A stretch of DNA of 64,000 nt from Octopus vulgaris (taxonomy: Eukaryota), in contig OX597815.1 in assembly GCA_951406725.2 (NCBI GenBank), positions 46,934,001 to 46,998,000 on the forward strand, written 5' to 3'. The translations under genes were made by a program, and so were the position numbers. Positions within the stretch are counted from its first letter, which is position 1. Each line of letters begins with the position of its first letter. Below, one piece after another: positions 26,874 to 40,164 of this stretch. Under the pieces are notes generated by a model, which ran no database searches, was not told the DNA's origin, and was given only the letters and a program-made list of their open reading frames with translations.

Positions 26874-27052
26874 ATTTATTTTATAGAAGGAGCTTCTACA
26901 GGACTAGAACTGTTTCATTCAAATCCTGATGATTTCATTTGAATGAAACAGTTCTAGTCCTGTAAACTCCTTCTATAAAATAAATTAATTTACTCTGCTA
27001 TGTATTGAGTACCTTATTTACTGTGGTTAACCCCGACTCAACCCGGGACCTA
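26874..27052 (+). mobile_element. Short (TA)n insert with tail-to-tail hairpin and hammerhead-like core (Penelope pLTR-like)
   Basis: Inverted arms 26874-26924 / 26937-26985; CTGATGA (26926) TTTC ATTT GAAT GAAA CAGTTC at the centre. Confidence 0.55.
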
Positions 27053-27764
27053 CATATATATACATACATATATATATATCCAGCTTAACGTGTACACAAC
27101 ACACACACGCGCACGCACACACACACACACACACGTTTACATATAGATATATGTAAAGAGAGATAAACGGATAAAAAGAGACAGAGAAAGAGAGTGATGT
27201 ATGCTTGTGTACGTGCGTGCATGCGTGCGTGTTCGTACTTGCGTTCGAGTATAACAGATTCATTCAAACCTCGTTCGCTCAACTTCTTACGTATACGTGA
27301 CTCTTAAAAGTTAAGGCTTCCTTTTCCTCCCCGTTTCAAGGCTTGTTTGTTTTTCACTTTTTATTTTAAATTCCTCTCTACTCTGTTTACTTTAAGTGTA
27401 CCCTAATGTGGCACAAGCTGGAAAAATTAATTAATCTTTCACTCTATGCTAATCCATCAAAGCCTCTGTGTGGGAAAGCAACACTTTTATTACTTTGAGT
27501 GTAACTTCACAAAATACGATTCCAAATTTCTTATTTAATTTTGTCTTATTTCTGTTTCCCTACCTCTCTCTCTTCTTATGTATTGCTTATACATACATAT
27601 ATGAATATATACATACATATATATATAAGGTAGGGTCTTATCTGTGAACGATAAAGAAGTAAGGAATGGCGAAAAATTTGCGTTTTGGTTGTGGTTTGGT
27701 GGGCGCAATGTGAATCTTCTACATCTCTGTTAAACTTATTTATGAACGTGTATGAATAATTATA

Positions 27765-28086
27765 GTGGAGGCGCAATGGCCCAGTAACCCAGTGATTAGG
27801 GCAGCGGACTCGTGGTCGGAAGATCGCGGTTTCGATTCCCGGACCGGGCGTTGTGTGTGTTTATTGAGCAAAAACACCTAAAAGCTCCACGAGGCTCCGG
27901 CAGGGAGTGGTGGCAACCCCTATTGTACTCTTTCGCCACAACTTTCTCTCAATCTCTCTTCCTGCTTCTTGAGTAACGCTGCGATGGACTGGCGTCCCGT
28001 CCAGCTAGGGGGAACACATACGCCACAGAAACCGGGAAACCGGGACCACGAGCCTGGCTAGGCTTGGAAAGGGCGACGTTTATCGT
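27765..28086 (+). mobile_element. tRNA-derived SINE family C, tail type 1, with TSD
   Basis: Head GGAGGCGCAATGGCCCAGT...GGTTTCGATTCCC; TSD TATGAA(T/C)AATTATA at 27751-27764 and 28087-28100. Confidence 0.88.
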
Positions 28087-28865
28087 TATGAACAATTATA
28101 ACTGTTTCTACGATAGGCCTAAAATTTGTGGGGAGGGAGAATAGTCAAATACATCGACTCCAGTCCTCGACTGGTACTTATTTTCATCAACCTCGAAAAG
28201 TTGGAAGGCAATGTCGTCCTTGGCGGTATAAAAAAAAGATCATTCTTTCTAATAAGAGGATGAATAATTAGTATAATCAACATGCGAGAAGGAAGAGTAA
28301 AGAAGAAGAAAACAAAGAAATAGGAGGAGAAGGACATGAAGACGTCCTCTCACAATCTTCATCTTTGTCGTCATCATATCCTTGTTATCCTTTTCATTTG
28401 TTGTTATTCGTTTTCTTCATCCTTCTTTTATCGCATGTTCTTTATATTAATTATTCATCTCATCATACTTTTATTTACATCTGGTTTCTTCCCGTTATAA
28501 GCAAAAAAAAAAAAAAAAGAGAATGTCTGGTAGACGTACAATGTAAGAGCACACCTTTGATGCAAGTCTGATGAAATGCCATTATAATGGCTAAAGCCGC
28601 AAATGTTACGTAAATTTTCACTTCGAATTTTTGCGTAAACTGGTATGCAAACAATTGTAACTGATGATTAAAGAAGTGTTAAAAGTATTTCTTTGACTCA
28701 TTATTTGGCCAATATTTTATTCTTCGCTAAACCCACTCAACGGTTTTACCGTCGTGAAACCAGGATTTTCTACAACCGAAGAATATTGATAGACCAGTAT
28801 TCGAGTTGAGTGCTTCATTAGAATATCATATCTTTATACCCTTCCAGAACCCAGAACCTTATATA

Positions 28866-28911
<46 letters not shown>

Positions 28912-28912
<1 letters not shown>

Positions 28913-29058
28913 AATGGGCTTCTTTAAGTTTCCGTCTACCAAGTCCACTTACAAAGCTTTGGTCGGCCCGGGGTTATAGTAGAAGATACTTACGCAAGGT
29001 GCCACCGAGAGAAACTGAACCCAGAACCACGTAGTTCGGAAGCGAGATTCTTTACCAC
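28912..29058 (-). mobile_element. SINE family B head
   Basis: rc of head: TTTCCGTCTACCAA.TCCACT.ACAAAGCTTTGGTCGGCCCG. Confidence 0.8.
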
Positions 29059-29250
29059 ACACACACACACATACACACACACACATACACACACACGCAC
29101 ACACAAACACGCACACACACACACATATTGTTTTAACATTCATTCAGTACATCGGTACATTACTGCTTTCCCCACTTTTTCTTTCCGCACCAGAGTAACA
29201 GAGTAATAGTCTATTTAATTAATTAATTAATTAATTAATTAATTAATTAA

Positions 29251-30870
29251 TCCTTTCTGCTATAAGCACTACGCCTGAAATTTGGAGGGAAGGGGAAGTC
29301 GATTGCTTCGAACCCATTATAATTTTATTGATACGGAAAGGATGAAATGCAAAGTCAATCTCGACGACATTTGAACTCAGAACGTAGAGACAGGCGAAAT
29401 ACCTATTTCTTTATTACCCACAAGGGGCTAAACACAGAGGGGACAAACAAGGACAGACATAGGTATTAAGTCGATTACATCGACCCCAGTGCGTAACTGG
29501 TACTTAATTTATCGACCCCGAAAGGATGAAAGGTAAAGTTGACCTCGGCGGAATTTGAACTCACAACATAATGGCAGACGAAATACCGCTAAACATTCTT
29601 TCCAGCGCTCTAACGATTCTGCTATCTCGCCGCCCTAGAGGTAGTGAATTAATATTCAATGTAAAATTTACTGTTAAAATTAATACTGCAAATTTAATAT
29701 TTTCTTTGATGTCTTTCAGTAACGTTCAGTTACCCCAGGAGGAAGAAAAGCGGTGAACAACTTTGTAATTTTACTAGTAAGAGAAGAATGTAGGATGTCG
29801 TATGTTGAAGTGTATAAAATGCACAACACCATACTGGTTTCAAATTTTAGCACAAGGCCATCAATTTTAGAGGAGGGGGTAGTTAATTATGTCGACTCCA
29901 ATACTTTACTGATACATATTTTATCGATCCCAAAAGAATAAAAGGTAAAGTAGACCTCGGCGGAATTTGTACGCAGAAAGTAGCGAGGGGCGAAATACTG
30001 CTAAGCATTTTGCCTGGGGTGCTAAAGATACTTTTCTATTATAGGCACAAAGCCTGAAATTTGGGGGAGAGAGACAGTCGATTACGTGGACCACAGTGCT
30101 CAACTGGTAATTAATTTATCAACCCCGAAAGGATAAAAAGTAAAGTCGACCTCGGTGCAGTTTGAACTCAGAATGTAGCGACGGGTGAAATACCGCTAAA
30201 CATTTCGTCCAGCATGCAAACAATTCTGCCAGCTCACTTCCTTCAAATAATAGTTTTTGCTATAGGCACAAGGCAAGGAATTTTGGGGTTGGGGGACTAG
30301 TCGATCACACGACCGCAGTATTTTTTTAATTTATCGGCCTCGAAAGGATGAAAGGCAAAATCGACCTCGGCGGAATTTGAACCCAGAACGTAGCGGCAGA
30401 CGAAATATTGCTAAGCATTTTGCCCGGCATGCTAATGATTCTGCCAGCACGCCGCTCTAAGCACAGGATTATATTCTTTTCTACTCAAGGCACAAGGGCC
30501 GGAAATTTGGGGGAGGGGTATAGTTGATTAGATCGACCCCAGTACGCAAATGTACTTAATTTATAGAACCCGAAAGTATGAAAAGCAAAGTCGACCTCGG
30601 TGGAATTTGAACTCAGTACGTAAAGACAGGCGAAATACCTATTTCTTTACTACCCTCAAGGGGCTAAACACAGAGCGGACAAACAAGGACAGACAAACGG
30701 ATTAAGTCGATTATATCGACTCCAGTGCGTAACTGGTACTTATTTAATCGACCCCGAAAGGATGAAAGGCAAAGTCGACCTCAGCGGAATTTGAACTCAG
30801 AACGTAGCAGCAGACGAAATACTGCTAGGCATTTCGCCCGGCATGCTAACGTTTCTACCAGCTCGCCGCT
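29251..30870 (-). mobile_element. Cluster of family A SINEs including two dimeric copies
   Basis: Copies at ~29251-29636 (dimer), 29835-30025, 30033-30243, 30255-30457, 30476-30870 (dimer, flanked by CTAAGCACAGGA(T/C)TATATT). Confidence 0.88.
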
Positions 30871-31265
30871 CTAAGCACAGGACTATATTAACGACGTCCA
30901 AGAAATGCAAATTGCTGTGACCCAGGAACTATGTTTATGGAGTTACATGTCACTGTTATTGATAATACTCTCGTTATGGGCCAGAAATAGTAAATTAATT
31001 CTATTGCCTACAACAATTCTACTTCCTATAAGATGCTTGGGTGTCATTTAACCAAGCGTAACTGCACATATGTGAAAGGCGATTCCACTGTGTAGGAAAA
31101 ATCGCACATTCGCTCACGGACAAACATCCTGCTTCTTACATACTTATATATAAGTATAAATGAGAGAGACAGAGAGAAGAGGGAAGGAGTGAGACAGGGG
31201 ATGAGAAGGAGAGAGAGGGAGGAGTTATATCACAACTGGCTTAGTATCACAAAGTAATCTAGCTC

Positions 31266-31349
<84 letters not shown>

Positions 31350-31490
31350 CCCGTGTGTGTGCGCGCGCGAGCGTTCTTGTCCTAAGGTCGCGATGGTGAA
31401 AAGGTAAAGTATTGATTTTAAATAAACAATATACTACATAACAAGCTTCGAATGCTCTACATAACTACATATCTGAGCATATGCATGTGT

Positions 31491-31525
<35 letters not shown>

Positions 31526-32456
31526 TTCATACACACACATACACACTCACACATTCATACAAACACATATACACGCACATGCATACAAACATACATACAT
31601 ACATACATAAATAAATATGAATATTGTAGAGAGAGCTGAATAGATGAACTGATAGAGAAACATATAGATATGATAGATCGCTCATTTGGATACAGGTCAT
31701 ACGACAACATTGAAAGAGATGGATAGATAGATATATGGATGAACATAGAGTTAAATACATGAATAGACATATGGAAGGACGGATAGATGAATGAAATGAT
31801 GGCCAGAAGGCCAGAAGGATGGGCATCCTAAATATATATAGTCGCATATTAAATCTGCATGCAAGAGAATATCAGATTAACTAGTATTCTATTGCACCAT
31901 TATTTTCATTAATGAGATAGAAATTATGCATACAGCGTATTATATGCTCAGTTTATCGCCGCAGTGTAGGTTTTCTGGAGCTGGTAGAGAGTAATAAACT
32001 TTGTTCGAACCTTTAATAAACTATATTTACACAATATTGCACCTGTATCCAGTATCAGTGGAAATAAACAGTTAAAAGGCTAATGCATATGGAAGAGACA
32101 CTTAGATTTCATTCACTGATGACTGTTGTACAGAGGTTGGAGATCGGCTGGTGTTAAATATACACAGAGTGTTAAATGTACACATGTATTTGTGAATGTA
32201 TTTATTACTAGATCTACAAACGGTTTCCAACAAACGGAAATACATAAAAGTAAATATGTACACGGACAAATAGAAGTAATAATATCTACGAGCATGTATG
32301 TGTATATATATATATGTGTGTGTGTGAGTGTGTGAGAGTGTGTGTGTGTTAGTTTAATGGGTATGCACACACACATATGCATGTGTATATGTATATATAC
32401 GTATAGATACATTTATATATATATATATGTGCATATATAAATATATATACACACAT

Positions 32457-32512
<56 letters not shown>

Positions 32513-32959
32513 GTATATATGTACATATGTATACATACATACATGTGTGCATATTCTTTTCTTCTTTGACTTGTTTCAGTTATGTTACTGTGGTCATGCT
32601 GAAGCACCGCCTTATAATACATACACACACATATAAGTGCAGATGCACTTATATTTAAGTATATTTATATACGTGGTGTATGTACATATGTATATATATG
32701 TTTATATATATGGTGTATATATATATATATATATATATAATTTATGTGAAATAGAAAGATGAATAATCTTGTAGTAGATTAATCAAAAGTTTAACCGATA
32801 CCTTAGTAGCAAAAATCACAGCAGTAAAACAGCACGGTTGGAGGTACAACCATATGGTGTTGCAACCGTGCGTTGGTGCGGATAATTGAAATTAGAACAT
32901 TATTGGTGAATTGAAGAAATGGAGCTGAACGCAGATTGAACAGAAATCGTTTTATTTCA

Positions 32960-33039
32960 TTCTACACGTGTTTCGAAAGGCACAAATTACCAAAATCCGA
33001 TGGAATAATGGGACCATATTGTGTCTTTCTCTTCAGGAA
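32960..33039 (-). ncRNA. Minimal type-I hammerhead ribozyme motif
   Basis: rc: TTC-CTGAAGA-GAAAGACACAA-loop-TTGTGCCTTTC-GAAA-CACGTG-TA-GAA; intact CUGANGA/GAAA core, 11-bp helix II with one mismatch, palindromic helix III, GUA triplet. Confidence 0.8.
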
Positions 33040-33875
33040 GAAAATAGGAAATCCGTTGGAAAAACAAAAACAGAACAGAGGCGGAGCAAAAACAAATCGA
33101 ACTATGCTCCTAAGAGCAATATATATATATTATGTGTGCAAGTGCACTTATATATATATATATATGTATATATATATTTATATATGTGGTATATGTATAC
33201 ATATGTATATATTTATATGTTTGTATAAACACACATACACGCATGTGTACACCTACGCACCCATTCACGCGCGTGTAAACACACACATATGCGCGCACAC
33301 ACACATATACGGAAAACGATGCATACTTTAGGAGATATGGAAGAATTTTAAGTCCAAAGTATACTCATGCGCAGCTATTCCTATAGAAGCAAAACGAGAG
33401 GTGACCAAAGGAATATGCATACTTTAAACGTACTTTAGGTCAGTTAAAATATGTTTGTGACATACTTTACCTTCTAAAGGCAAATTTACAGCAGCTACAG
33501 TAGAAAAAATTTCATTCTTGCGGGAAAAGCTGTAAAAGCACTATACCCGAGCAGTGCTTCTCCTTATCGGATTCCCAGACGGCCGTTTCTTGCCCTGTAG
33601 CCTTTCTCAATGGGAAATACCGAAGAGAGATAATCCTGGGCAGATTCAAAGCCGTAGCTTCACTTATAAAAAAAAACAAACTTAACGACAATGACTGAGC
33701 TGCGCAATTCGACCGCCTGGTTGGGAGGAATATAACAGCAACAGTGCCACGTATTATAAACATATTTTAATAACCTAAAGTTGCTTATTACTTATCACAG
33801 CCAATTGAGGGTGCTGTTATATATATATATATATATACATACATACATATATACATACATACATACATACATACA

Positions 33876-33933
<58 letters not shown>

Positions 33934-34444
33934 AGTATATATACATATACATATATATATATATATACATATACCGATATATATATATATATATGTATAT
34001 ATATACATATACCTATATATATATATACATATACCGATATATATATATATATATACATTTATCACATAGGCATTTTAATTTTTTTTCAAATCATTTTATT
34101 ACATTTCAATTTCTATCTTACATTCTGAAAAGGAAGCTTCACAAAACTAAGTAAATTGGCATAGAATAATGATTTCATATTTTTTTCCATAATTAAGATC
34201 TAAACTTTTAATACATTAATGCGAAAGAGATAGTTGAATAACTGTAAAGCTACTTTTGGGCCACCCAATATAAGTCCATATGAGAGGCAAATATAGCACT
34301 ATTCGATGTTCTAACACAACATCGAAGTTAAGCTCGAAATGAAGATTAATTTTTGGTATTAATACTGCTTTTGGTATTATTAATTTCTTTTAATAAGCTC
34401 ACTTGCTTTTAGATATTGCTTTAGTGGGAGCTTCTGCTGTTAAT

Positions 34445-34829
34445 GGAGGCGCAATGGCCCAGTGGTTAGGGCAGCGGACTCGCGGTCATAGGATCGCGGT
34501 TTCGATTCCCAGACTGGGTGTTGTGAGTGTTTATTGAGCGAAAACACCTAAAATTTCCACGAGGCTCCGGCAGGGGATGGTGGTGATCCCTGCTGTACTC
34601 TTTCACCACAACTTTCTCTCACTCTTACTTCCTGTTTCTGTTGTACCTGTATTTCAAAGGGCCGGCCTTGTCACTCTCTGCGTCACGCTGAATATCCCCG
34701 AGAACTACGTTAAGGGTACACGTGTCTGTGGAGTGCTCAGCCACTTACACGTTAATTTCACGAGCAAGCTGTTCCGTTGATTCGGATCAACCGGAACCCT
34801 CATCGTCGTAACCGACGGAGTGCTTCCAC
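34445..34829 (+). mobile_element. SINE family C, tail type 2, with TSD
   Basis: Same head as 27765; TSD TCTGCTGTTAAT at 34433-34444 and 34830-34841. Confidence 0.9.
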
Positions 34830-35081
34830 TCTGCTGTTAATGCACTAATCGATGTATGTCACTGGGGAGCTCAAAACAGAGTAAAATAATGTGATCTGGC
34901 CGGACCGGCGGTCGTAGCCGAAGGTTCTCGTCTGTCAACAATATTAGGCATCATATTCTGCTCCAAAGATCTAGTCTTTGGTTGCGTTGTGATGCGCACT
35001 CTATACGATCTTTTTACTCTTTCGTTTTCCCATCCTTTTCTCTCTCTTATTGTTTTACCTCTTCTTCTCCCACTCTTCTAG

Positions 35082-35504
35082 CACATTACCCTGTTACTCT
35101 CTCTCCCTCACTCCTTCTCGCTTGTTCATGTTGCTCCCACGTGACAATCAGCCATCTTTCTTTCTTTCACTCATTGTAACTGGAACAAGGAAGATGTCTT
35201 CTTGTTTGTCTCCTATCCTAGCTTGATTTACGCAACCCCCATTTAGGCTTAGCAGCCAATCTTGATTGTTTTCATTGTCCTGTTTGTGTTACCACATTAC
35301 CCTGTTACTCTCTCTCCCTCACTCCTTCTCGCTTGTTCATGTTGCTCCCACGTGACAATCAGCCATCTTTCTTTCTTTCACTCATTGTAACTGGAACAAG
35401 GAAGATGTCTTCTTGTTTGTCTCCTATCCTAGCTTGATTTACCACAACCCCCATTTAGGCTTAGCAGCCAATCTTGATTGTTTTCATTGTCCTGTTTGTG
35501 TTAC
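35082..35504. repeat. Tandem duplication, 2 x ~211 bp
   Basis: CACATTACCCTGTTACTC starts at 35082 and 35293; copies nearly identical. Confidence 0.95.
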
Positions 35505-35665
35505 CTAATTTGATCCTCCGCAATATCGCAAATTTTGTTTAATTTGCTTTGCGGGAGTAACTGTTTGTATCTTTCGTTGTTCGAAAGAATAGTTCATGTT
35601 CCATGTACTCGTGCTTCGTACTATTTTGTTGTACACGTTTCATGACGTCCTGTGCCCACATATGC

Positions 35666-35730
<65 letters not shown>

Positions 35731-36253
35731 ATGCAAATACCTATGTATGTATACGTACATACACTCATATATATATATATATATATATATTTACGAGCGA
35801 CCATATGCACACACATATGTATACGTACATGCATTATATATATGTTGTAGTCGAGTTCTGAACTCTGTACTACTACAGCTGAGAGTGATTTAAGGCCGGG
35901 TTTGTAGAGGAGAAATTTATGATTTCAGGCTGGGAACCATCGGACTGACAAGCTATTAAGAAATGTGCTAATTTATAAGCTTTTGCTGGTGTAGATTGTG
36001 ATCGAAGAGGAATCGAGATATTCACCGGCTTATTAGTTAGTTTACTTAATAATCCATAAATCGAAACTCATATTAAAAATAAATAGATAAATAAATATAT
36101 AAAATGAAAAAACGGTCAAGCTTCTATCTCCCACATTATCTCATATACTTAATGTACACATATTGTTGAAACAATATATGTAAATGTATGTATGTATGTA
36201 TGTATGTTGTATGTATGTATGTATGTATGTATGTATGTATGTATGTATATATG

Positions 36254-36304
<51 letters not shown>

Positions 36305-36305
<1 letters not shown>

Positions 36306-36568
36306 GAGGCGCAATGGCCCAGTGGTTAGGGCAGCGGACTCGCGGTCGTAGGATCGCGGTTTCGATTCCCAGACCGGGCGTTGTGAGTGTTTATTGAGCT
36401 CCGACGCTGTACTCTGCTGTACTATTTCACCACTCTTTCTCTCACTCTTTCGTCTGTTGACCTGCTCGCTTAGCCAGCGGGGTGGCGTCATTTGAAGGCT
36501 AAAGCAATGCGAACGCATTGTGACCAGCGATGTGTAGCAACATCTGATGGTCTGGTCGGTCACGTGAT

Positions 36569-36576
<8 letters not shown>
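36305..36576 (+). mobile_element. SINE family C, tail type 3
   Basis: Same head; tail GCTCGCTTAGCCAGCGGGGTGGCG...GGTCACGTGATCACGTGA then (TA)n. Confidence 0.85.
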
Positions 36577-36620
<44 letters not shown>

Positions 36621-36622
36621 TG

Positions 36623-37010
36623 TAAGGTGGCGAGCTGGCAGAAGCGTTAGCACGCCGGGCGAAATGCTTAGGGGTATTTCATCTGCCGCTACGATCTGAG
36701 TTCAAATTCCGCCCAGATCGACTTTGCCTTTCATCCTTTCGGGGTCGATTAAATAAGTGCCAGTTACGCACTGGGGTCGATATAAATGACATAATCGGTT
36801 TGTCTGTCCATGTTTGTCCCCTCTGTGTGTAGCTGCTTGTGGGCAGTAAAGAAATAAGAAACGTTAGCACGCCAGGCGAAATGTTTGGCGGTATTTCATC
36901 TATCTTTACGTTGTGAGTTAACATTCCACCAAGGACAACTTTGCCTTTCATCCTTTAGGGGTCGATAAATCAAGTACCATTTGTGTACTGGGATCGATCT
37001 AATCGACCGC
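36623..37010 (+). mobile_element. Dimeric SINE family A copy
   Basis: Head AAGGTGGCGAGCTGGCAG, body, LINE-like tail, second partial unit. Confidence 0.85.
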
Positions 37011-37967
37011 CCCGAACCATGTGGTTGGGAAGCAAGCTTCTTACCACACAGCCACGCCCAAATATGTATTCCACAAAAAGTTTTAAGTAATTCTTCAATT
37101 TAATGTGAAATCGTTTTTTTAGACCTTGACATAGAAACAAACATTGCTTACATACATATTTATTCTGCAAAAGACCTGCACTTTGGAGCGCAAATTTTCA
37201 GTTACAAATATTCAGATCATTTATAAGACATGACTAAGGATTTCGATACACCCAAACTACACTCACGCGGGCGCAGTCACATTGCGCATACTCTTGAACG
37301 GTACAAACGATACATACATACACACAGACAAATATTATATATTTATATCTAATTCTGGTCTTCTCACCAGTTTTATATCTTAATTTTTTTTATCAGTGTA
37401 TAATATATTAATTTTACTCTAAATTTTCTCCAATTTTTCTTTTACTTTTTTTTCTCTTACTTCTTTCTCTCCAAACTCGCTCGTTGAATTTTCTAGAATA
37501 TTTTTTTGATTTTTCAGTTTGTTTTTCTCTTTTCTCTCTTCCTTGAATTCGCTTCATGTTCACCTCTGTCGTATTACTCTTGCCCTTCTGCATAATCTCA
37601 CAATTTTTCTTCCATCACAGAACTAAAAAAATATTTTTCATGGACCAGTGTTGTATTGTATCATCATTCTTCTCTCTTTCCGCACTACATCATCTCACAT
37701 CCATATCATTACATATTCCTGAATCATCACCTCCCTCTTCACTTGTTTATCCTTCTACCTCACACTCACACCCCCTCCTTACTTCCACGCTTTCCACATC
37801 TCCCACTAATCCACACCACTACAATTCCGTACTTGCACTTCCTTTCCGTACTTCATCCCCTTTCAACTCTCCCCCATAGAACCGCTTTCCTACCTCTCCC
37901 ATAACCTCTTTTTTGCTTTACTCTTTCCTTTTTTGACATCCTTTACTTTGTTTGCATTCTTTTTTTT

Positions 37968-38002
37968 TTCCTGATGAAGGACTTGCATCCGAAATATCAA
38001 GT
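37968..38002 (+). ncRNA. Minimal hammerhead motif in a Penelope pLTR-like remnant
   Basis: CTGATGA-A-GGA-CTTGCA-TCC-GAAA-TA-TC; downstream AGCG...ACTAATAC.AT.GTTC shared with the Neptune 3' end at ~45513-45537; helix I weak. Confidence 0.6.
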
Positions 38003-38095
38003 TATTCACTTCTTTTTTAAGCGTTAAACTAATACGATAGTTCTTAAAACTTTATCTCCTGGACTGTAGATTTTGTTTTTGTTTCTTGCCTTCAT

Positions 38096-38145
<50 letters not shown>

Positions 38146-39618
38146 CGTGCGTATTCATTTATTGTTTTGTATCTTCTAAAAATTATTTGTGGGTCATATT
38201 TTTTCTTTCATTCATTTACTATCCTTCTTTATTCATTTTCTTCTTTTTCCTGTTCCTTTCATTCTATCTCATCTTTCATTCTTTTTTACGTATGAAACTT
38301 TCTTTCTTCCTTCAGATTCTTTCACTCTATTTAATTTCATTCAAACTTTTCCTCTCATTTTTCTTTCCAAAAATCATTTTCTCTTTAAACTCCCTTTCTT
38401 TATTCTCTTCTGTCTGCATTCATTTGGCATTCTTTCATTCAATGTTTACTTGTTCATATGAAATTTCCTTCTTTTTCATGTAATGACATTTTAATTTTCT
38501 TTTCTTTCATTTCATTAAGTTTCCATCCAATACCTTTTTCATTTCATTCTATTTTGCTTCTACTTTCATTTTTCTTCGTTCCCGCCTTTTTAAAACTTTT
38601 TTCGTTTATCATTCTTTCTGTCTCTCAACTTTTGTCTCTTTTTTGTTGTTGTTCCTACAACTATATTTTCTAACTTTCTTTATTTCATTCACTCTTTCAT
38701 TCCTGCAGTTATTCTTTTCATTTTTCCGCCTTTCATCTTACATTCCTCTTTAGATCACAATCTTTCATTCCTTCTTTTCCCTTTCTCTCATTCTGTGATT
38801 CTTCGCCTTTTTTCTTCATTCATTAACTCCTTCCTTCATCCAATATAGCTTTGTTTCTGTTTATATACTTCTGTCTGTCTCTCTTACATTCCTTATCTCC
38901 TACATCTCTTTCACATTCCTCACCTTTCTTATCTAACCCACCCTCTTCAGCTTTTTACTGTGTATAATCACCTCCAACTCCCTCCCGCCCTCCCTCCCTC
39001 CCTCTCCCCCTCCATTTGACATACACTGCTTCTGCTATGGTATAGCAGAAATCTTCAGCAGATTTGGCAAATGTGCCGCAGATTTTCGGCTGCAGCTTGT
39101 TACCAAAGACATGTTAGCCCCAACAATGGCACCGTATGTCAGGTTCTTCGACTCTTCAGATCAATCAAAGTTTGGAAAATAATGCGCAAGTACGCAATTA
39201 CTGTATAAAGTGTGTATATGTAGAATCATATATTTATATTTGCTCGCTCGAGTGTATGTATGTGCGTATGTATGCTTGTATGCATGTGTGTGCATCCATG
39301 TTTGTATTTATATATATATGTGTATGTGTCTATGTATATACATATTTACAGAGGAACATGGGGTGAGCGAGACAAAGTAAACACATAAATATGTATTATG
39401 CCTATGAGTTTGAGTGTGTATATAGCTCAAGAGAGAGACACACACATACATATTTATGCTCATATATATATATATATATATACATGTATGTACACACTCA
39501 TATATACATATTTATTTATTCATATATATTCATATATATATATATTCATACATATATATATATATATATATATATGCGGATATATGTGTATCTAAACTCA
39601 TATATCTATATATCTATA

Positions 39619-39666
<48 letters not shown>

Positions 39667-39796
39667 ATCATGTATATATATATATATATACGCATATGTA
39701 CGTATATATATAAAAATATATACTCATATATATGTATTTATATATATAAATATGTGTATATATATATATATATGCATATATGAGTATCTCTCAGTA

Positions 39797-39847
<51 letters not shown>

Positions 39848-40021
39848 GTGTGTGTGTGTAAAGATATGATACCTGGAATCCTTGTTACTTATTTGTTGTT
39901 TATTCGCCTAACATCGTGTTGTGCGTACTATACAGAACCGGGTTGGTGCCTCAATTTAAGTAATTCAACTGAATTTTAATTATTATATATGTGTATATAT
40001 AAATATATATACATATATATA

Positions 40022-40075
<54 letters not shown>

Positions 40076-40164
40076 CATATATATACACTCATATATATTT
40101 ATATACAATCATATATATAAAGAAATCCAAGGTTGTGAAAGATTTTAGAACATTTATAAATAGG

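Noticed and set aside
28568-28605. Hammerhead at CTGATGA AAT GCCATTATAATGGC TAAA
   Set aside because: No GAAA and no helix III/NUH pairing visible.
34445-34520. tRNA gene calls for SINE heads
   Set aside because: A and B boxes are present, but the heads run into SINE bodies with TSDs and do not give a clean cloverleaf.
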